Of a stretch of DNA of 64,000 nt, positions 57,510 to 64,000 are shown one piece after another. Within the stretch, counting starts at the first letter, position 1; every line of letters begins with the position of its first letter. Made by a program: the position numbers and the translations under genes. Below the pieces are notes generated by a model that had not been told where the DNA came from, ran no database searches, and was given only the letters and a program-made list of their open reading frames with translations. The stretch is taken from contig CAYNEI010000013.1 in assembly GCA_964396185.1 (NCBI GenBank), positions 1,528 to 65,527 on the forward strand. The letters are read 5' to 3'. The stretch comes from an uncultured Thermoplasmatales archaeon. Lineage in GTDB: Archaea > Thermoplasmatota > SW-10-69-26.

Positions 57510-58304
57510 CTAGCGGATCGCGCCGGCTGCAAGCGCTCCGGTGGCCGAGGTATCGAGCTGGTCGAAGAGCTCATCCACCGGGCCCACGTCGCGAACCACC
57601 TCGTACCCGCCCTGACCATCCAGGGTGAGCCGAGCCACGCTCTCACCCAGCTCGTCGTTCGCCGCGGTCACCAGCAGCTCTCCGCTGGCACCGCCCGGGA
57701 GCGAGGGACGAAGCGCGTACTGGCCGTCACCGAGCTCCTGGGCGTGGTGGTCGAGGGGCTGCCCGTCGAGGGTCACCTGGAAGGTGGCATCCGTGATGGG
57801 TTCACCCAGTCGGTCGAGATCGAGCCGGAGGGCGTCGAGCTCGCCAGCCACCTGGACGCGCAGGGGGTAGACCCGCAGGAGCCCGAACATGCCCGCCTCG
57901 AAGTGCGTGTCCACATGGCAGTGGTAGAGCCAGTCACCATCGTGGCCCTCCTCGAGCCCGGCCGTGACGTTGAACACGTGGGTCTCGCCGGGCAGCAGCA
58001 GCTTGGTGTCGATGAAACCCCCGAAGCTGGGATCGTGCCAGGGGTGACCGTGGACGTGGAACGTGTGGGCCTCAGCGTAGGCGGGGACGTGCACGATGAA
58101 CTGGAGGCGCTCGCCCACGTAGGCCTCGAGCAGGGGTGTGTCTGGCCACTGCTCACCGTTGAACTGGTTGCCTTCCATGACCAGCGCGAACGCGCGGTGG
58201 CCGACCACGATGTCGGGGGCGTCGTCATGGTGGCCGATGGCGCCGGTGATCCCGGCGGGGGTCAGCGCGAGGCTGAGGGCCACAGCCATGAGCAGGCGGC
58301 TCAC
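57510..58304 (-). CDS. Multicopper oxidase subunit B: small-laccase domain 2 plus C-terminal extension
   Basis: HTFHVHGH and WLYHCHVDTHFEAGM (complete T1 site); own signal peptide; GTGA overlap. Confidence 0.85.
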   Translation of the reverse strand: MSRLLMAVALSLALTPAGITGAIGHHDDAPDIVVGHRAFALVMEGNQFNGEQWPDTPLLEAYVGERLQFIVHVPAYAEAHTFHVHGHPWHDPSFGGFIDTKLLLPGETHVFNVTAGLEEGHDGDWLYHCHVDTHFEAGMFGLLRVYPLRVQVAGELDALRLDLDRLGEPITDATFQVTLDGQPLDHHAQELGDGQYALRPSLPGGASGELLVTAANDELGESVARLTLDGQGGYEVVRDVGPVDELFDQLDTSATGALAAGAIR

Positions 58305-59176
58305 GAGACCACCACCTCTCCCGTGTACTCGCCCAGGAACGGGTGGAAGGCACGCCAGGCGTATGCGCCAGGCTCCGGGTTCTCGACGACGAAGCTGCGC
58401 GAGACACCGGGCCCGATGCGTACCTCGCCCACCTCCTCCCCGCTCGGCGCGTCCAATGTCACCGTGAACCACCAGTCGCCCAGCCCGGAGACGGCCAGCT
58501 CGAAAGCCTCGCCTGCGGGGTGCTCGACGTCGAGGCCGAGCCCTCCGTTGGCCCCGGCGTTGCTCATGTGCAGGCCGTAGATCTCGTGGGCCGGTTGGCC
58601 TGGGGCGAGCACCACCATGGTCCCGAACAAGCCGCGCTCCTGGCCATGCACGCCACCGGGGCCCATGACGTGGTCGTGGTAGTGCCAGGAGCCCCGCCAG
58701 GGCACCGTGAACGTGTACGTGAACGAGCCCCCTGGCAGCGCCAAGCTGTCCTCTAGCTGGGTAGCTGGGATCGCCCGGATCCCATCTGAGCTGGCAGGCC
58801 CGGAGACGCCGTGGCGATGCAGGCTGGCCGGCGCCTGGCTGAGCTCGGCTTCGAGCTCCGGGTCCACGTCCAGCCCAGCCACGGTCTCGGGGATCCGGTT
58901 CTCCAGCGTGATCCGCACGGTATCGTGCTCCTCGAAGACCAGGGTCGGCCCTGGAACTTGGCCGTCGTAGGCCAGGCAGACGTCGTCCTCGTGTTCGTTG
59001 TCGAAGCCCGGCGGGCAGGCGATGGCCTCCACGGTTATGGTCAGCGCGTGGTCGGGGCCGTCGTGGGACTGCACCGACACGGGCGATTCGTCGGTGGACC
59101 CGGTGGGGCCCATCGCGATGGCACCCGCGGCCACCAGACCCGCGGCGACCAGCAGCCAAGCGTGCGCGCGGACCAT
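58301..59176 (-). CDS. Multicopper oxidase subunit A: small-laccase domain 1 plus ligand-less second domain
   Basis: VPGPTL, SLHRHG, WHYHDH, GLFG; own signal peptide. Confidence 0.85.
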   Translation of the reverse strand: MVRAHAWLLVAAGLVAAGAIAMGPTGSTDESPVSVQSHDGPDHALTITVEAIACPPGFDNEHEDDVCLAYDGQVPGPTLVFEEHDTVRITLENRIPETVAGLDVDPELEAELSQAPASLHRHGVSGPASSDGIRAIPATQLEDSLALPGGSFTYTFTVPWRGSWHYHDHVMGPGGVHGQERGLFGTMVVLAPGQPAHEIYGLHMSNAGANGGLGLDVEHPAGEAFELAVSGLGDWWFTVTLDAPSGEEVGEVRIGPGVSRSFVVENPEPGAYAWRAFHPFLGEYTGEVVVS

Positions 59177-59181
59177 GTGGC

Positions 59182-59778
59182 TCAGAGCTCCAGGGTGATA
59201 ACGAGCTGGCCCCGCTGGAGGCCCGGGTGGACGGTGCAGATATAGTGGAGCACGAAGGACCCATCAGCCTGCCCGACCGCCTCAGGGCACGGCGTCCAAA
59301 CCACGACCTCTCGCTCCTCCCCCTGGTCGTCCTCAACGATCTTGATGCTGCGCGATTCCAAGGTCCCGTTGGCCAGCCGGAAGGTCCCGGTGGCCGGCGC
59401 GTTCGGCGCCAGACCCTTGTTGAGACAGCTCCCGGTGGCTGGGGTGTCGTAGTCCGGGTCGGTGCTGGTGACCGTGTGGAAGCCGCCGTCGTCGCTGGTC
59501 CAGGTGACCGTCGTGTTGGCCTCCACGATGGTGGTGGGGCTCATGAAGCGGAACGCGCTGGCGCCGATCTCGCACGACGGGATGCACAACCCCTCCTCGT
59601 GGCTGGGTGGATCCTCTGCCGGTTCATCGCCTGGTGGCTCCGCGTCGTGTCCAGCTGCTTCTGGATCCTCTGAGAACCCCTGGCCTTCGAGTTGGCCTGG
59701 GGGATCGCTTGCCAGCGCCCACGCGCCCAGCCCGGTGGGCACGAGCAGCGCGAACGCTACCAACAGCGCGCCTCGCAT
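59182..59778 (-). CDS. Secreted cupredoxin (plastocyanin/halocyanin-like)
   Basis: TVTWT...HTVT and YICTVHPGLQRG. Confidence 0.75.
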   Translation of the reverse strand: MRGALLVAFALLVPTGLGAWALASDPPGQLEGQGFSEDPEAAGHDAEPPGDEPAEDPPSHEEGLCIPSCEIGASAFRFMSPTTIVEANTTVTWTSDDGGFHTVTSTDPDYDTPATGSCLNKGLAPNAPATGTFRLANGTLESRSIKIVEDDQGEEREVVVWTPCPEAVGQADGSFVLHYICTVHPGLQRGQLVITLEL

Positions 59779-59915
59779 GGAGGGTGCATGGGCTTGGAAG
59801 CGTAAGGGCTTCGTTGGTCACCGGGAGGGGCTGCGCTCGGTTCGCTTAGGAGGAACGCTCTTCCTTTTTGTACCGGGCGGGCCTTGGCCACGTGATCGAC
59901 CCGGCAGGTGGATGG

Positions 59916-60863
59916 ATGGCGGCCAACGACGAGCTCGAACCGATCTTCCTCATCGGCGCCCCCCGGTCCGGCACCGGGATCCTCCAGAACGTGCTCCGCC
60001 TCCACCCCGAGGTGGCCTGGGTCACACCGGCCAGCAACGCCATGACCGGGTTCGTGGCCCAACGCGGGCTCCCCTTGGCTCCCGCCTTCCTGGCCGCTCG
60101 CGTCCTGGACCCCATCTCCACCTGGATCCCTGACGACTACCTCCCGCGCTTCCTCCAGGGCCCCTTCGATGGATCCATCACCGACGATCCCTACCCCGTG
60201 GCCGTGGAGGGCTCGCGGATCTGGTGCTGGCACTTCCCGGACCGGGACCACGACCGGGTCACCGCCGAGGACGTGACCGAGGAGGCGCGCGCGTTCTACA
60301 GGGCGGTGGTCCAGCGCCACACGGACCGCTTCGATGGAGCCGAGCGGTTCCTGGAAAAGCGGCCCCAGAACAGCCTACGCATCCCGTACATCGAGGAGAT
60401 CTTCCCCCGGGCCACGTTCATCCACCTCATCCGGGACGGCCGGGCCGTGACCAGCTCCATGCTCAAGCGCCGCCAAGCCAACCCGGACGATGAGTGGTTC
60501 GGCGTCAAGCCCCCGGGCTGGCGAGCCACCCTTGATTCGCCCGTGGTGGCCCAGTGCGCCTGGGAGTGGGCGACCTCGCTGGAGATCATCCTCCAGGACC
60601 TGGCGGCCTCCACGAGCCAGCGCACCATCGAGGTCCGCTACGAGGAGCTCACAGAGGACGCCCACGGCACCGTCGAGCGCGTGATCGATGCTCTCGGCTT
60701 GACCACCGGGGCAGTGGGCGCATCCGTGGAGCCCTACCTCGACCAGCTGGAGAACCGCAACCACAAGTGGCGCGACCAGCTGGACGACAAGCAGCGCGCC
60801 CAGCTCCAGGACGCTGCGGGCGCCATGCTCGACCGGCTCGGCTACGAGCCCGCGAGCCCGTGA
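59916..60863 (+). CDS. Sulfotransferase family protein
   Basis: PIFLIGAPRSGT (5'-PSB), EKRP.N, IHLIRDGRAV.SS (3'-PB), VRYEEL. Confidence 0.88.
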   Translation: MAANDELEPIFLIGAPRSGTGILQNVLRLHPEVAWVTPASNAMTGFVAQRGLPLAPAFLAARVLDPISTWIPDDYLPRFLQGPFDGSITDDPYPVAVEGSRIWCWHFPDRDHDRVTAEDVTEEARAFYRAVVQRHTDRFDGAERFLEKRPQNSLRIPYIEEIFPRATFIHLIRDGRAVTSSMLKRRQANPDDEWFGVKPPGWRATLDSPVVAQCAWEWATSLEIILQDLAASTSQRTIEVRYEELTEDAHGTVERVIDALGLTTGAVGASVEPYLDQLENRNHKWRDQLDDKQRAQLQDAAGAMLDRLGYEPASP

Positions 60864-62521
60864 GGGTCGCCCTCCCCTTCCACATCCGGGACCCCCTCCC
60901 CCTCGTCGAGACCGAGCAAGGCGCCTGGGTTCATGATGCCCTGAGGGTCCAGGGACGCCTTGGCCGCGCGCAAGGCGTCGAGGAACCGCGCACTGGTCTC
61001 CGCCTCGTACCACGCTCGGTGGGTGCGGCCCACGGCGTGGTGGTGGGTGACCGTGCCCCCGTGCGCGGCCAGGGTGTCCAGGGCTGCTTGCTTGATGGCG
61101 CGCCACTGATCGAGCTCCCGGCCCCGCTCACCTGGCGCGATGAACGTGTAGTAGGGCGCGGGCCCATCTGGGTAGACATGGGTGAACCGCGTGGAGAGCC
61201 AACCCATGCCGCACGCCTCGTCCATGGCCGCGCGCACCTCCCGCTGGAGGGCTGCATGCAGGGTGGGGAAGCGCTCCCAGGTGGTGCAGGTCTCGAAGGT
61301 GTCCACCACCACGCCCATGGAGACCAGCGCGTTGAACAGGTAGGGAGCATCCAGGAAGGCGCGGCGCCACCGGGACCCCCCATCCTCGCCACCAGCCTGG
61401 CTCGTCTGCTGGCTCGAACGGTCCTCGTGGCTGGCACCCTCTGGGCACCGGCCGCCGTGGCCAGCGGCGAGCTCCAGTGCGGTCTCCATGGCCTGGGAGC
61501 AGGAGCCCGCGAGCCCCTCGAAACCGATCATCAGGACGGGTTCGCCTCCGAAGCTGACCTGGTTGAGCATGGCTTCATCCCCATCGAGCAACCGGAGGTT
61601 GGCTGGGGAGAGCCCCGCTTGGGCGATGGCGCGAACAGCCTCGACGGCCCCGTCCCAAGCATCGAAGTGCACCGTGGCACGGGAGCGGTGCGGGGGCCGA
61701 GGTTGGACGCGCATCCAGGCCTCGGTGATGACACCAATGGCCCCCTCGCTGCCGAGCACGAGGCGCTTCGGGTCGGGCCCGGCCCCGCTGGCTGGGAAGC
61801 GGCCCGTCTCGAGCACGCCGCCCGGTGCGACCATGCGCACGCTGTGCGTGAGATCGTCGATGTGGGTGTAGACCGTAGCGAAGTGGCCACCGGCTCGGGT
61901 GGCGATCCACCCGCCCAGCGTGGAGAACTCGTAGGACTGGGGGTAGTGCCTGAGCTGGAGGCCGTGCTCGGAGAGCGCATCGTTGAGCGCCGGGCCTCGG
62001 ATGCCTGCCTGGGCGCGAGCCAAGCGGCTGGCCTCGTCGACCTCGAGCAGCTCATCGAGCTCGCCCAGATCCAGGGTGAGCGTGCCAGCGAAGGGGGATG
62101 GAACGTCGGCCTCGACACCAGCGACGACGCTCGTACCGCCACCGTACGGGACGACCGCCACGCGCTGCCGGCTCGCCCAGGCAAGGGCCTGTTCGATCTC
62201 CTGCTCGCTCGTAGGAGCAGCGACCACATCGGGAGGGTGCTCGAAGCGGCCCTCGAACCCACGCAGCAGGTCCGGGAACGCGCGCCCGTACGAGCGTCGG
62301 ATGCGCGCCTCGCGATCCGAGGAAGCGAACGTGGCAAGCTCGCTGGGGACCTCGATGCGGGGCTTGGCAAGTGCGACGTCCTCCAGGCGTGGTGGGTCGC
62401 GCAGCTCGAGCTCCGGGAAGCCCAGCATCCCCCCGAGGAGCTCCTTGAGCCGCCCGCGCTCCTTGTCCGAGGGGAAGCGGTCGGCTCGACCCCAGCCCCA
62501 GAAGCTCAGCTCCTCAGCCAT
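60842..62521 (-). CDS. FAD-linked oxidase, alkyl-DHAP synthase (AgpS)-like
   Basis: VPYGGGTSV..G, HYPQSYEFSTLGGWIATRAGGH, GSEG..GVITE, THVY..G.APY, HHHAVG, MNPG. Confidence 0.88.
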   Translation of the reverse strand: MAEELSFWGWGRADRFPSDKERGRLKELLGGMLGFPELELRDPPRLEDVALAKPRIEVPSELATFASSDREARIRRSYGRAFPDLLRGFEGRFEHPPDVVAAPTSEQEIEQALAWASRQRVAVVPYGGGTSVVAGVEADVPSPFAGTLTLDLGELDELLEVDEASRLARAQAGIRGPALNDALSEHGLQLRHYPQSYEFSTLGGWIATRAGGHFATVYTHIDDLTHSVRMVAPGGVLETGRFPASGAGPDPKRLVLGSEGAIGVITEAWMRVQPRPPHRSRATVHFDAWDGAVEAVRAIAQAGLSPANLRLLDGDEAMLNQVSFGGEPVLMIGFEGLAGSCSQAMETALELAAGHGGRCPEGASHEDRSSQQTSQAGGEDGGSRWRRAFLDAPYLFNALVSMGVVVDTFETCTTWERFPTLHAALQREVRAAMDEACGMGWLSTRFTHVYPDGPAPYYTFIAPGERGRELDQWRAIKQAALDTLAAHGGTVTHHHAVGRTHRAWYEAETSARFLDALRAAKASLDPQGIMNPGALLGLDEGEGVPDVEGEGDPHGLAGS

Positions 62522-62663
62522 CTGGGCCAGTCAAGCGGGACCCAAGGGATGAGGCTTGCGACCTCAGGGTCCACGGCGAGCGCGCCGCGGGCCGTGAAGC
62601 TCAAATAGGGGCCCGCGATTGCCCGGGTGCACCCCGAACAGACGTCCGGGGCGCTCCCCTACT

Positions 62664-62736
62664 AGCCCGGTAGTGTAGTGGCCAATCATACGAGGTTCTG
62701 GTCCTCGTTACCCAGGTTCGAATCCTGGCCGGGCTA
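62664..62736 (+). tRNA. tRNA-Gln (CUG)
   Basis: agcccgg/ccgggct stem, cgagg-ttCTGgt-cctcg arm, gttcgaatc. Confidence 0.95.
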
Positions 62737-62756
62737 CTTTTCCAACTGCGCCAGGC

Positions 62757-62964
62757 AGCCCGGCCAGGATTCGAACGGGGTTCGATCGTGGACCTCGGGC
62801 TTCCACCGCGCAACCGAGGTCCACGAGAGCCCGCGCACAGCGACTGCCCTAGGCGCGGGTGAAGTCCTGGCCGGGCTATCCTCAACGTTTACCCCAGGGG
62901 ATCGGCCGGCAGGATGCGGCCGGCTGGGCCAACGCAGACGAGCCGGCCAGAATCCTGGCCGGGC
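62757..62964. repeat. Inverted and direct copies of the tRNA-Gln 3' end plus hairpins
   Basis: 62757-62776 is the perfect reverse complement of 62716-62735; direct copies at 62865-62878 (14 nt) and 62950-62964 (15 nt). Confidence 0.85.
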
Positions 62965-63098
62965 GATCCTTAACCTCCCCTGACATCACCACCGAGGTCC
63001 AGCCGTCGGCACCCAGAACCGGGCGTTGAGGTTGACGGGACTGGACGAGGTGTACCTCACCCGAGACGGCCTCGACCCGATCAGTTCAGGCGTGCGCC

Positions 63099-63860
63099 TC
63101 ATCCCGGAGGCTGGTCCCTCGTCATGGAGTGCAGCCGGTAGGTGCCGTCCATGGAGACAGTGACCTCCACCGGGAGCAGGCCCTCGTTGCGCCACAGGAG
63201 GCTGTAGACCTGGGTGTCCGGTGCGGTGAAGTTGCCCTCCAGCTCGGTGCCTGTGTGCTCGATGGGTCGCGCTGTCTCGCCGTCGGCGTGGTAGTGGAGG
63301 TTGAAGTAGAGCTCGCCGTCGCTCTGCCACGAGAAGGTGAAGCCGTTGCCGGGGACCATGTTGAGGTTGATCTCGGCGAACTCCTGGGGCTGCACGGTGT
63401 AGGTGCGCTCGATGGAGCCGAAGGGCTCGCCCTTGCGGACCTCGATCACGAGCGTGTAGTGGACATCGGCGCCCTGTTGGGCGGTCACCTCGGCGGCCCA
63501 CGTCCCCGGGGGTGGGGGATCGGTGGTGGTCACGTAGCGGTGCGAGTCGCTCTCCCCCCACCCATCGGCAGCGATGTCGCCTGCTGGGTTGAGTAGCTGG
63601 AAATCCAGAGCCCCGCCAGGGATGCTCCATGTCAAGAGCCCCATGACCTCCGTGGTCCCGTTGGGGACCTCGAAGGCGTAGGTCTGTGGGTCGTCCACGC
63701 CGCCTGCCACGAACCCGCCATCGAAGGTGTAAGACGCCGGCTCGAAGGGCGACTCGGTGGCCGGGGCGTCGGCTGCGTCGCTGCTCTGCTCGGGCGCGGT
63801 GCTCAGACAGCCAGCCGCGACGAACAGGGTGGCCAGCGCGATGGGGATCCAGCCTCGCAT
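63099..63860 (-). CDS. Secreted lipoprotein with two beta-sandwich domains
   Basis: VAAGCL lipobox; LDFQLLNP.G...PG.W; FNLHYH...YSLLW.N. Confidence 0.75.
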   Translation of the reverse strand: MRGWIPIALATLFVAAGCLSTAPEQSSDAADAPATESPFEPASYTFDGGFVAGGVDDPQTYAFEVPNGTTEVMGLLTWSIPGGALDFQLLNPAGDIAADGWGESDSHRYVTTTDPPPPGTWAAEVTAQQGADVHYTLVIEVRKGEPFGSIERTYTVQPQEFAEINLNMVPGNGFTFSWQSDGELYFNLHYHADGETARPIEHTGTELEGNFTAPDTQVYSLLWRNEGLLPVEVTVSMDGTYRLHSMTRDQPPG

Positions 63861-64000
63861 AGGTCGCCGCTCGAGAGAGTGCTTTGGACTACATAACTCC
63901 CGTCGAGCGTTGTTGCACACAGATTGGCAAGAAAGAGAAAGTCGTCCCCCCGGGCACGGGCCCGAGGGGAGCGGTTGACACCGTCGCCATCCCATCCCGT

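Noticed and set aside
58290-58310. Frameshift artefact splitting one laccase gene
   Set aside because: Gene B has its own RBS, GTGA coupling and signal peptide, and gene A already contains a degenerate second domain.
1-64000. Many long antisense or alternative-frame ORFs in the track (e.g. 8759-11146, 17109-18599, 23731-25185, 51415-53394, 60554-62608)
   Set aside because: Shadow ORFs expected at this GC content; they overlap genes with clear motifs and are Arg/Gly/Pro-rich without recognisable domains.

Overview
High-GC (roughly 65-70% by eye) archaeal DNA, most likely an uncultured Thermoplasmatota lineage (inference from gene content; no rRNA is present to confirm it). Core blocks: hjc, oapABC, beta-oxidation genes, GGGP/DGGGP synthases, sepF, PolB with a LAGLIDADG intein, rpl18a-pfdA-ftsY, vapBC, acyl-CoA dehydrogenase-etfBA, sucCD, slyD, HMG-CoA synthase-thiolase-DUF35, dcd, and three tRNAs (Ile-GAU, Leu-GAG, Gln-CUG). 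An accessory island (~26-36 kb) encodes secreted lipoproteins. Most notable observations: (1) two diverged copies of an unrecognised ~260-nt structured RNA, with compensatory base changes and a predicted kissing loop, flank an SplB-like radical SAM gene; (2) three same-orientation integron attC-like sites each follow a gene in the island, with no integrase in the window; (3) a small-laccase-type two-domain multicopper oxidase is split over two genes in an operon with a cupredoxin; (4) the 3' ends of all three tRNAs and of sucD are followed by inverted and direct copies of themselves; (5) a further ~285-nt closed, pseudoknotted RNA-like element at 1110-1394; (6) the mevalonate-operon thiolase lacks both canonical catalytic cysteines. 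All assignments are from motif reading by eye; no database searches or folding programs were run.
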